64,000 nt of DNA from Naegleria gruberi (Eukaryota): the NCBI GenBank assembly GCA_000004985.1, contig GG738900.1. The stretch is one strand, 5' to 3'. Every line of letters starts with the position of its first letter. Positions within the stretch are counted from its first letter, which is position 1. The position numbers and the translations under genes are program-made. The notes under the pieces were generated by a model. The model was not told the DNA's origin and did not search any database. It was given only the letters and a program-made list of their open reading frames with translations. Below, piece after piece: positions 18,844 through 28,219 of this stretch.

Positions 18844-21309
18844 ATGTCTCAACACCAAGTTGATTTTACCCTCGCGGATCTTCCCACTGAAATTCATCAT
18901 ACAATTTTTTACTACCTCGATTATGTTCGTGATATTTGTTGTGATCAGTTATTGTATGTTCCGATGATTGAAATGCCATCAACATTGGAAGAATATGAAC
19001 GGAATTGTATTGATCATGGTGAACAGGAATTTATTGATTTTGATCATCCTAGTCGCGTGCCTTTCTTTTTAGCCTGTCAATCACTGCTGAAATCTGTAAA
19101 ATCATTCAGACCAATAGTTTTGAATTTAACACTACCATCAACAGAAAGGGGGCTCTGCAGATATTATTTGGACAAGTTATATATTGAAACATTTCAAAGA
19201 ACTCCTTGGTTTAGAAGAGCAAAACCTGCATATCATTTTAGTAGTTATGATTGGAATGACGCATTTAGAGCACTATTTGAAAGGATGAAAAAGCTTTGTG
19301 GTGGTCATCCTTTGTTTAAAGTGGAATTTGTATCAGTTGCTTGTATTGTTGGCAGAAACTATACCTCTTTTGAATATGCTTATCATGGAGGATTTAATTT
19401 ACACAAACTTATGGATCTAGTACCTAACCTTAAATATGCACTATTCGATTTCAACCCTTCATTAGTTTTATATGAAAGAAGTGAATCTTTGACCATTATT
19501 TATGCATCAAAGTCAGATTATTACCATTCAGCATTGGGACAAAAAAAGAACATTTACTTCTCATCCTTTGATTATGAAAGAAACCCAATAGTACCAATTG
19601 AAAAATTGAAAGGAGTATTTCCAAACAATTATCCAACAAATATTGAAATATTCCTCTACAATAGTATAGTATCAAATAATTTTAAGGAGGCAAAATATAT
19701 TATCAACAATTTTACTCTTAATGCTAATATATTTTCCTATATATGGAATACCAAATCTTACATGACACGAGAACTCAACTATTATAATCTTACACAAATT
19801 ATGGACATATTACATTTTTTTTACAAAAATTATCCATCTTTTAGAGTATTTAGAATTCCAATAGACAATATAGTATGCTTAAAACTAATTGTATCACAGC
19901 CATTTGTAGATATTCATGTTGGTAAGAATATTACCAAATTATTCCTAGAGAGAATGACTACTAAAGATGTTCAGGTACTATCTAGAGATTATAATGTTGA
20001 TTTTTCCAAACTTGGTAATTTCAAATTCTCTGCTAATTGTTTTTTAGAAACAAATTTACAAATAGAAAATACTTGTGATATTTTTGGTGTATCCACGGCT
20101 ATGTTTAGATTGGAAAGAGGCAGTAACATTATTGAGAAGGATAAGTTTGGAAATAATATCCTTCATTATATATTCTTGAATAGGAGAGGAAACAATTTAT
20201 CGCAATCTCTTTCAAAGTTTTCACAAGAGGAAATTAAATTACTTGGAAAAGAGCCAAACATTTTCGGTATCACTGCAAATGAACTAGCGCTTATTAAGGG
20301 ATGTGACTTTAAAATTGAAAGTTTTAATAAGAAATTCTGCTACGAGTCCTTTGGTAGAACCTGTGGCAGTTCAGATTTGCCTAGAATGTTACTATTTGAT
20401 GGATTAATGGTTAATGAACAAATCTATTGTGTATTTATGAATAATTTACAAACCAGTAGATATGATTATGATCAATATAGAGATATCAACTTTAGAGATG
20501 AAAATGGAAAGCATTTGGTTCACTATTCCCCAAATTGTTTTAGTGAAAACACAGAGTGTTTGGGTTTAGAATTGAAAGATATTATCTTTTGCAAAGATAA
20601 TAATCAAACAATGCCCATCCAAACATTTTACAATAGTTATCTTGTGGCTTTGGACAAGTTAGGACAAATTGAGAATATGCCCAAGTTGAACTTTTTTTCA
20701 TATACTGATAACTTTGGAATGTGTCGATATTTATATTTATTGATGAATTCCTATATTAATACTCAGTTATTGGTATCAGAAGCTGATACTATTGGATTTG
20801 ATTACTCTTCAGGTCAACCTGAACTTGTATCATTGTGTTCTCATTATTTGGATGGACTCTATCATTTTTCAATTGAAAAAAGCCCTTTGAAACAATTGAA
20901 AGGTATTAGATACTTTGGAAGTGTTGATGGAGATGATTTCTCACATTACGTATTGAGATATTATTTGGATTACATTAACAAAAACCCTACTTACTATCTA
21001 GACACTTCAACCCTCAAGGTTCTTATTGCTAGAGGACTAAAGTTTGATGTTGTTAGAAACTCACAAGGGCAAACAGCTTTTGATTTAATTGATCACTTAA
21101 CAGGGACGACACAATTGAAACATATGAAGAAAGTATGTAGAAAAGGCCGTACCACAAAATCCAAGGCATTACCCAAATTTACAATCAAACACAATCCAAT
21201 TCCAAAAGATGTTTTAATAGAGGATTCTGAAACAACACTTGTTGTTAAATCACAAAATGTTGCACCATTCCGTATTAGAATCAAACGCAGTTTAACATTT
21301 CACAAATAG
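18844..21309 (+). CDS. F-box-like protein with possible ankyrin-like repeats
   Basis: 821-aa ORF. The N-terminal LADLPTEIHHTIFYYLDYVRDI fits the F-box L..LP.EI...IF..L pattern. Dispersed motifs (GNNILHYIF, NGKHLVHYS, QGQTAFDLIDHL) resemble ankyrin repeat cores. This is a weak assignment made by eye. Confidence 0.5.
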   Translation: MSQHQVDFTLADLPTEIHHTIFYYLDYVRDICCDQLLYVPMIEMPSTLEEYERNCIDHGEQEFIDFDHPSRVPFFLACQSLLKSVKSFRPIVLNLTLPSTERGLCRYYLDKLYIETFQRTPWFRRAKPAYHFSSYDWNDAFRALFERMKKLCGGHPLFKVEFVSVACIVGRNYTSFEYAYHGGFNLHKLMDLVPNLKYALFDFNPSLVLYERSESLTIIYASKSDYYHSALGQKKNIYFSSFDYERNPIVPIEKLKGVFPNNYPTNIEIFLYNSIVSNNFKEAKYIINNFTLNANIFSYIWNTKSYMTRELNYYNLTQIMDILHFFYKNYPSFRVFRIPIDNIVCLKLIVSQPFVDIHVGKNITKLFLERMTTKDVQVLSRDYNVDFSKLGNFKFSANCFLETNLQIENTCDIFGVSTAMFRLERGSNIIEKDKFGNNILHYIFLNRRGNNLSQSLSKFSQEEIKLLGKEPNIFGITANELALIKGCDFKIESFNKKFCYESFGRTCGSSDLPRMLLFDGLMVNEQIYCVFMNNLQTSRYDYDQYRDINFRDENGKHLVHYSPNCFSENTECLGLELKDIIFCKDNNQTMPIQTFYNSYLVALDKLGQIENMPKLNFFSYTDNFGMCRYLYLLMNSYINTQLLVSEADTIGFDYSSGQPELVSLCSHYLDGLYHFSIEKSPLKQLKGIRYFGSVDGDDFSHYVLRYYLDYINKNPTYYLDTSTLKVLIARGLKFDVVRNSQGQTAFDLIDHLTGTTQLKHMKKVCRKGRTTKSKALPKFTIKHNPIPKDVLIEDSETTLVVKSQNVAPFRIRIKRSLTFHK

Positions 21310-21476
21310 CCTAGAAAATAATAAAATAAAGAAGTTCAGCAGAAACATCATATTGATAGATATCCAACAGGTGGTCTTACATCAGTATTAGCTGTTGATG
21401 AAAACAAAATGGGTTGGATTAACATTTAATTTGGCAGTTGACATTATTTCAATTAAGTTTTCTATTGGTTGAAAAT

Positions 21477-21693
21477 GACGGGAAGCCTGCCAGGAATATG
21501 ACGACAATCCCGCTACAGTCTTTGACTGTATGAACAGTGAAGGCAACGAAGACAGAATCTTGTTGGTTCAGGTTTTGTTTGAAGAAATTGTTAAAGTTGA
21601 TCAACCTCATATTTATTGAACATTTGTCATGTTGAAATGCATGATGCAAATTTTGGTTTCTCATATTCTGATCAATTCTAAATTGAAACTTCA
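21477..21693. repeat. dispersed ~220-bp repeat, copy 1 (70-nt near-invariant core 21477-21546)
   Basis: It aligns with 44032-44260. The first 70 nt (gacgggaagcctgccaggaatatgacgacaatcccgctacagtctttgactgtatgaacagtgaaggcaa) differ at 1 position, and the rest is much more diverged with indels. The core contains the perfect hairpin ACAGTC-TTT-GACTGT and a CGGGA...TCCCG pairing. Confidence 0.85.
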
Positions 21694-21716
21694 TTATTTA
21701 CAATTTACTGAATTAT

Positions 21717-22004
21717 TTACAAGTTTTTAGATTTGGTAATTTTCTTAGTTGTGGTAGTAGATTGTTTAGCTCTCTTTTCAATTGAATTTTTAGAAGATCT
21801 TTTCACTGAAATTTGTTTACCATTTAAATTTGCATGATGATAATCAATATTATTACGATGTCTAGTTCCACTTATAATATTTGAAGTATCAATATCAAAT
21901 AATGGTAATCTTTTAGATAAATCAATTGGTTTAGATCTTGTCCATTCTGTTTTTGTTGGAATTCTATCTTCGGAAGAATGTGATGAAGTATTTCTAGCTG
22001 GCAT
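21717..22004 (-). CDS. small basic protein with CHZ-type motif (Chz1/HIRIP3-like histone H2A.Z-H2B binding motif)
   Basis: 95-aa ORF. FDIDTSNIISGTRHRNNIDYHHANL matches the yeast Chz1 core EIDTSNIITSGRRTRGKVIDYKKTA (recalled from memory). Confidence 0.55.
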   Translation of the reverse strand: MPARNTSSHSSEDRIPTKTEWTRSKPIDLSKRLPLFDIDTSNIISGTRHRNNIDYHHANLNGKQISVKRSSKNSIEKRAKQSTTTTKKITKSKNL

Positions 22005-22227
22005 TTTGCTCTTAGTTCTTGTTATTAGGTTGTTTTGTTTTGTTGTGGAAATTTCATCATCCTATACCAGTTATCTATTTATTTCCATATTGATTTCCAC
22101 TAATTTTGTGATTCCGATTTTTAGTGGATTTTCCACTCATCACAAGAATTTGAATTTTTCTATTAATATTAAGGAAATTTAATGAAAATCAACAAACAAA
22201 AGAAAATAACAAAATAACAATAAGAAA

Positions 22228-22443
22228 ATGGTCTCAACAAGAAGAAATATGTATAATTCCTCCAATAATACTTCACAATTTAATTCCGAAATTTCTCTGG
22301 ATAATATTATTGGTGGAACAAGAAGAAGAAATTTAATTGATTACAAAACATTGAATTCTATTGGAAGTGAAACAAGCAAAACTTCCAAATCTCAATCACA
22401 TAACACTTTAGAAATGAGAAACAAACAATTCAAAATGTGGTAA
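22228..22443 (+). CDS. small protein, paralogue of 21717-22004 with the same CHZ-type motif
   Basis: 71-aa ORF containing SLDNIIGGTRRRNLIDYKTLNS. It is divergently oriented, 223 bp from its paralogue. Confidence 0.5.
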   Translation: MVSTRRNMYNSSNNTSQFNSEISLDNIIGGTRRRNLIDYKTLNSIGSETSKTSKSQSHNTLEMRNKQFKMW

Positions 22444-23243
22444 TCTCCATTTAACTCAAAATTTTGTAAACCTAGGCATTCATTGTAAATAAACCCAAAA
22501 TATTGATATAAAGGAATACTCTCCTAATCAAATAAATTGTCTTATTCAACAATATCGTTCCGTTTCAATAGCATAATAACAAAGAGTTGCATTCCTCCTC
22601 TTAATTTCCTTATCGTTAACTTTTCCATTATGAATCGTTTTTCCAAAGTAACTAGTTCTGCCAGTTTTAAAATGTAAGCAGTGTATTCAATTTTTAAATT
22701 GCAATAATGTACATGTTGTTTATCCTCATTGAAACATAATGAAATGAATTCCTTTTTGAAAAGAAGATTTTGGGATTCCTATTTACTTTGATATCACAAC
22801 ATCCATACATGCATGTTGAATGAGAGGGTGTTTACATGTCCGTGTAGTTTTTTTCATCATTGGCGGTTCCAAAAGTTACAACGAGTTCCCATCTAATTAT
22901 TTTAAGCAACACGATCAAGAGGGTTAAATGAGAATATTGTAAACTAATATCTCCCTTTTCCCTATGTGTTGTTATGAGTTCTATTCGATAGTTAGATGAT
23001 ACTGAGGTGTTACCATTCCTCTTACTGACTTCTCAATAAGGTTGTTCCACAAATGTTCAACCAATTCAATTCTCAGAAAACCATTGAACTCTATTAAACT
23101 CCATTGTAAATATTGTAATCTTACTCAGTCAAAATTACTATAAATTCAAATTGACAATTCTTTTTGATAAAAACAAAACAAACAAACAATAATATTCAAT
23201 ATTGAATTGTATCTGAAAACTCCTCAACAAACTTAAACTCAAA

Positions 23244-23780
23244 ATGACTCAACAAACTCACGAAGAATTATTCAATGAAAACATGTGTGGAAGTGGTTTG
23301 GCATTCAAGAAGGTAGTTTGTGAATTATTCAACAATCGTATTGTCCCTGCGACCAAGAATCTTCAACAAGTCAACCCAAAGATGATCATCTTGTTGGATT
23401 GGGCTTCTCTTGCTGCATTGCCAAGTGAAACCAAATACAAGTATGGTGATAGATTTGTTGAAGATACCCTGTTGAATAATTGCATCAAATTCTTAATTGA
23501 AAGTCCAAGATTGAGCAATATGAGTGAAATTGCCAAGGTTTTCATCAAGGATCCTGATTGTAAGGAAGTTTTTATGGGATTGGAAAAGTTGATTTTCAGA
23601 GTTGTACACAATGCTGATAGTAAGGAATCTTCAGGTTTCCTTGGATATTCTTACAAGGTTAATGGTACTGATTTGGTTGTCACTTTGGATTGCAATTTGA
23701 CTCTTGTTATGAAGGTTGCCAATGAAAGACAAAGCCCAACTGCTGATTCAGAAGCTAAAAAGTTGATTAATGCTTTCTAA
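23244..23780 (+). CDS. hypothetical protein (178 aa)
   Basis: Clean ATG-to-TAA ORF with host-like codon usage. No family recognised. Confidence 0.55.
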   Translation: MTQQTHEELFNENMCGSGLAFKKVVCELFNNRIVPATKNLQQVNPKMIILLDWASLAALPSETKYKYGDRFVEDTLLNNCIKFLIESPRLSNMSEIAKVFIKDPDCKEVFMGLEKLIFRVVHNADSKESSGFLGYSYKVNGTDLVVTLDCNLTLVMKVANERQSPTADSEAKKLINAF

Positions 23781-23856
23781 TTTTTTAAATGGCAGTACTC
23801 TATGAATCAACATTGATTTACCTAATAAAAAACCTTTATTTTTGAATTGTCAAAAA

Positions 23857-23974
23857 GACTACAGCACCACAGGTTCCCAAGTTGTCTCCAACCTCAGTAC
23901 TGATGTGGCTCGACGATGCTTAACTTCTCAAATCGGACGGGATGAGGTGCATTCATCGTGATATGGCCGTAGCC
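23857..23974 (-). rRNA. 5S: 5S ribosomal RNA, copy 2
   Basis: The 118 nt differ from copy 1 at 2 positions (plus strand gcttaActtc vs gcttaCcttc; gatgagGtgc vs gatgagAtgc). A T5 terminator follows on the minus strand. Confidence 0.9.
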
Positions 23975-24102
23975 ATTCATTTTCTTAATTTGTGATATAT
24001 AAAACATCTTCTTAAAATCTTAATGTTGAATAAGTCAATGAATTCTTTGTTCGCACACAGAATAGTAACTTTCAAATTCCGCTAAAAATTAGAACAAAAA
24101 AA

Positions 24103-24795
24103 ATGAGTACAAACTTTTCTCAAGGTTTTCTGGTAAGAATGAAAGGAGAGCTAAAATTGCTCAAGAATCAACCTCCTCACGGAATTGCAGCCTATCCAAA
24201 GAATGAAGATCGTATCGATATTTTGGAAGCAAAAATACAAGGAACACAAGGTACACCCTATGAAGGTGGTGAATTTGTTTTGGAAATTACACTTCCGAAT
24301 AATTATCCTCATCATCCTCCAAATGTTAGATTTATTACAAAGATTTATCATCCTAATTTTGATAGTGGAGGCAGAATTTGTTTGGATCTATTGAACATGC
24401 CACCAAAAGGAGCATGGAAGCCTAGTATTAATATTTCAACATTGTTGGCTTCTATTAAATTATTAATGGATGAACCGAATGGAGATGATGGATTAATGGC
24501 AGACATTACAGAACAATTTAGAAATAATAGACAATTATTTGAGAAGATTGCAAAGGAATGGACGAAAAAGTATGCAATTACAAGTTTTGTGACAACAGAT
24601 TCATCGGAACAAACAAAGGAAGAAGAAAATAATGCAAAACCACCAGTTGAATCAAATGATAAATCATCGGAAAAGGAGAAGAAAGTAAGAAAGATTAATG
24701 ACAGTAGCAGTAGTGATGATGATGATAGCAGTAGTAGCAGTGAAGATGAGGAAGAAGGACTATTCCACAAGAAAATGAAAAAGAGAAAGCTTTAA
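24103..24795 (+). CDS. UBE2T: ubiquitin-conjugating enzyme E2 T-like
   Basis: UBC core HPPNVRFITKIYHPNFDSGGRICLDLL (catalytic Cys). MPPKGAWKPSINISTLLASIKLLMDEPNGDDGLMADI closely matches human UBE2T [37 protein letters not shown]. The C-terminal tail is Ser/Asp/Glu-rich. Confidence 0.85.
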   Translation: MSTNFSQGFLVRMKGELKLLKNQPPHGIAAYPKNEDRIDILEAKIQGTQGTPYEGGEFVLEITLPNNYPHHPPNVRFITKIYHPNFDSGGRICLDLLNMPPKGAWKPSINISTLLASIKLLMDEPNGDDGLMADITEQFRNNRQLFEKIAKEWTKKYAITSFVTTDSSEQTKEEENNAKPPVESNDKSSEKEKKVRKINDSSSSDDDDSSSSSEDEEEGLFHKKMKKRKL

Positions 24796-24796
24796 T

Positions 24797-25612
24797 TTAG
24801 AATAATGAATTATTAGATTGGCTCTTTGTACTTGACTTGGCTCTGCTTGAGCTTGGTGGAGCACCCAAGAATCCCATATCAAAACCACCATCTCCTCCAC
24901 CTGACTTTGATCCAGCGGAACCTGTTGCTTCAGTGGTTCTTCCTTTTGTCTTAACTTTAATGTTAACTTTGATCTTTTCACCTTCTCCTAAACTATAGTC
25001 CTTTTGTTCTTCTTCAACTGGATTTTCATCTTGATCTTTCACATTCTTAACCAATCTATTAAATTGTAAATAAATTGTAAAATTTAAATACGTACTTTTG
25101 GTGATCTTGCAAAGCAACATTGAAATCAAAAGCATCGGATCTTTCTCCAAAACCGATACCAATGAATGCATGCCTTCCTTTTTGTTTATCTTCAATTCTG
25201 AGAACAAAGTAACGACTAGAGTCTAAAACTCTTTCAATAGCTTGTGGTCCACTTTCATCAGTATTTACATTACAAGTGGCAAATCTCTTTTCAGTTGCTG
25301 GATCTTCAAGTCTGACTTCACAATGTTGTCCAATAGCAACAACCTTACATCTACCAGTCCAGAGAGGTTCTCCCCAGTTTTCAGCCTTATAACCTTCGGA
25401 AGAGGTTCTTGGAGGAATACGGAAGACATAAGTATTGTTTATAATACACAAAGTTTGTTCATATTCTAATGATGAGAGAAATTAAAAGAGAATTAATTTT
25501 GATGAGATTAATGATGGCCAGTTTAAAAAAAGGTGAGACGACGTATTACATGTTTCGCACAAAAAATCCAATACAAAAAACACGTACGGTTATTGAAGAT
25601 AGAGTCAGTCAT
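24797..25612 (-). CDS. NECAP: NECAP (adaptin ear-binding coat-associated protein, PHear domain), 3 exons
   Basis: Exons are 25588-25612 (MTDSIFNN, tentative), 25096-25465 and 24797-25055. Introns are 25466-25587 (GTACGT..TTAG) and 25056-25095 (GTACGT..ATAG). YEQTLCIINNTYVFRIPPRTSSEGYKAENW...DSSRYFVLRIEDKQKGRHAFIGIGFGERSDAFDFNVALQDH matches the NECAP PHear domain. Confidence 0.8.
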
Positions 25613-25818
25613 TTTTTTAAATTTGAAAATAACAGTTTTTTAGGAATTATTTCCAAAATTTATTTTTTTAACGGTGACGACAGCTAAATTATTTTTATTA
25701 ATTTTGTGGAAGACAGTTCAATGAAAATTGGATGACAAATCGATAATGAATTTGAAGGATAACAAAAATTTAGATTTTTAGAATTTTAATAATTTAATAA
25801 TTTAATTTTTTGCTTAGC

Positions 25819-26663
25819 TTATTTCTTAAAGAAGGATCTGATTTGTTCATTGACAACAGAAATTGGTTGTTCACCATTAATGTTTCTCACCAAACCCTTT
25901 TGATTATAATATCCGAGAACCTTATCAGCGTATCCGTGATAAGTCTTCAAACGATTTCTAATAATATTTTCATTGTCATCAGGTCTTTGAGTGAGTGGTT
26001 CTCCAGTTACGTCATCCAAACCATCGACTTTTGGTGGTTTAAAGAATTTGTTATATGTACGACCAGATGTAAGGTGAGTCAATCTTCCACTAACTCGTTT
26101 AACAACAACTTCATCAGAGACTCCTAAATTGAGAACATGTTCTACAGAAGTATTTCTATCACTCAACATTTGATCCAACTATTAGAATAAAACAATAAAT
26201 TATCCATTTTCCGAAAAGGAAACAAGGTGATAGAGCATAATTCAATGTCGGACCAAAGGAATCCATTCAAACAAAGTTTGTTCAGGGAACAAATTGAAAA
26301 TTTCAATACTTACAGCTTCAGCTTGTGGTACTGTACGTGGGAAACCATCGAGAATGAAACCATATCTACAAGCAGGAGAACCAATACTATCCCTAATGAT
26401 ACCAATGACAATATCATCACTGACAAGTTCACCAGCATCAATCTTAGCTTTAGCCTTCAAACCCATTTCTGTTTGGTTTCTTACGGCATCTCTCAACATA
26501 TCACCTGTAGACAAATGGCAAGCTTCATATTCCTTGGATAATTGAATAGCTTGAGTACCCTTTCCTAAAGATAACAATTAATACTATTGAAAAATTTCCT
26601 ACTATTATACTAACCTGAACCTGGAGGACCAAAGAAAACAAATCTATTTCTATGTTCAGACAT
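25819..26663 (-). CDS. ADK: adenylate kinase (AK2-like), 3 exons
   Basis: Exons are 26615-26663, 26314-26564 and 25819-26178. Introns are 26565-26614 (GTTAGT..TTAG) and 26179-26313 (GTAAGT..ATAG). The spliced product has the P-loop [13 protein letters not shown], then [41 protein letters not shown] and RPDDNE. Confidence 0.9.
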
Positions 26664-27441
26664 TTTATATGAGTTAAAAGTGTATTGATGAAAATGAGTC
26701 GACGCGGCAGGGGCACAATCGAAATATTTTTTTTGATTTAATTTTTATGATGCGATGCAAGTCTTCATCGAAGCAAGCAACAGCAGCAGAAGAAGAAGTA
26801 TCAATCTCATCCATCTGCTTGGTTTTTTACGGTGTGGCTGATGATGACAAATAGCAAAACAACTTTCGTGCTCGGTGGTTTTATCAAAAATGTTGGAACA
26901 ATGCACCGAGAATAAGAATCACCCACTCTTACTAATAAGAAAATACGATCCGTTGCTACCAGCCTTCTCAATACAAGTCAATCAATTTGGTGCACGTGTG
27001 TCTCAAGGTAAGTAGCCGACAGTTTGGTTCTTGGTGAGCAACAGCAAGCAACTTGAACATTGTAAGGAATTCTGGTCAACCTACCAATACTATTTATTGT
27101 CTACTAATGAAGTTGTTAGTGTAATAATTCCCTCAGATAGCAACAGTATTAAAGTCAATTCTCCATTATTTTGATTGAATGTAGAGTGTATTACTGAATC
27201 AAGAGATTTTTCATTGGAAAAACCGAAAAATACACATCAGACGTTATCATACATTGTAAACATGAGGGCTCGATCAAGAAAATTCCTTCGTATCGTTAGG
27301 AATACCTTCTATTAACAGTAATAAGGAATTCATCTTACAATTAAGGTTCACTTTCAGAGAAGAATTCTATTTTTAGATAAGAGAACTGAAAAACAGATTA
27401 AAATTCGAAAATGATGTAAACAATTAAAATTAATTAAAAAA

Positions 27442-28196
27442 ATGATCAGCTCATCAAATAATACATCAACAGCCAACACAACAAGAGGGCAGATAAGATG
27501 TGGAAAATTGAATCACACTCCGGATCTAGAAGGATACATTGTTGTGAATTGTTGTTCCACTGCTAAAGATCAATTATATAAACAATTGTCTCCCATGTTA
27601 TTGGGCCCATATGAATACGAAATGGATGCTACTGATTATCCTCTCGATGAGAAAAACAAACCTTCTAAAAAAGTTGTAATTCATAATTTGGAAAACTTTT
27701 GGCAATTTTCTAAAGTTTGGGAAGGAGAGGAAGAAAGTTTTTACAATGAAAAGACCAAAACTAATGAATTGAGACCAAATAGATTGTTTTTCGAGAGAAG
27801 AGCTGAAGGTTGGAATGATAAGAAGGCACACAGGTAGGTCTATTAATTTTAATCATGCATTTACATCATTTTCACAATTAATATTCTCAAAGATGGGTCA
27901 AGAAGGGAGAAAAGACATTGTATGCCTGGTGGCATGGAGAAAAGCTCGATTACATGGCTGGTAGAAGAAGAATCTACTGTCCACTCTATGCTGAGAAGGT
28001 AGTTCACATTGAAGGATTTAAAAAGGTTCAAAATCTCCTCAATAAGGGACACAATATTTTAATTCTTGGTTATGATGGTTACGATTATCATGCTGAGAAT
28101 ATGACACTTCAAGATTGTTTCAATGATGTTTCAAGACCATTCGGTCACGAATTGGTATTGTGTGGCTTGTTAACTAATGATCATGTTTGGGAGTAA
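27442..28196 (+). CDS. hypothetical protein, 2 exons; possible distant NADAR-like fold (speculative)
   Basis: Exons are 27442-27833 and 27893-28196, with intron GTAGGT..AAAG of 59 nt. The spliced junction reads ...NDKKAHRWVKKGEKTLYAWWHGEKL. See the finding for the motif comparison. Confidence 0.6.
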
Positions 28197-28219
28197 AAAG
28201 AAAATTTTACAATAAAAAA

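Noticed and set aside
21477-21546. Core of the dispersed repeat as a U1 snRNA gene (minus strand contains CCTGGCAGG as in the U1 5' region)
   Set aside because: The sequence is ATATTCCTGGCAGG, lacking the ACTTACCT needed to pair with GTAAGT donors. No Sm site or conserved sequence follows on that strand, and conservation ends exactly there.
24348-24770. Antisense low-complexity ORFs inside acidic or Ser-rich tails (24348-24770, 31129-31455, 31371-31631, 51060-51401, all on the minus strand)
   Set aside because: They are mirror-image ORFs of GAA/GAT/AGT-rich coding repeats in UBE2T, UTP7 and the PH/RUN gene. The sense strands carry recognisable domains.
25466-25587. Three ATGATGA/TGATGA (C-box-like) motifs on the plus strand inside NECAP intron 1, raising the possibility of an intronic C/D snoRNA
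   Set aside because: They lie on the strand antisense to the host gene. No CTGA D box or terminal stem could be found at a suitable distance.
26890-27170. Possible small unannotated gene: ATG 26890 opens a 39-codon exon (MLEQCTENKNHPLLLIRKYDPLLPAFSIQVNQFGARVSQ) ending at a strong GTAAGT donor (27008), with a possible short second exon after CCCTCAG (~27140)
   Set aside because: The downstream exon choice is ambiguous, the product would be about 50 aa with no recognisable family, and it could equally be a spliced 5' UTR/uORF of a neighbouring gene. It is not reportable without RNA data.
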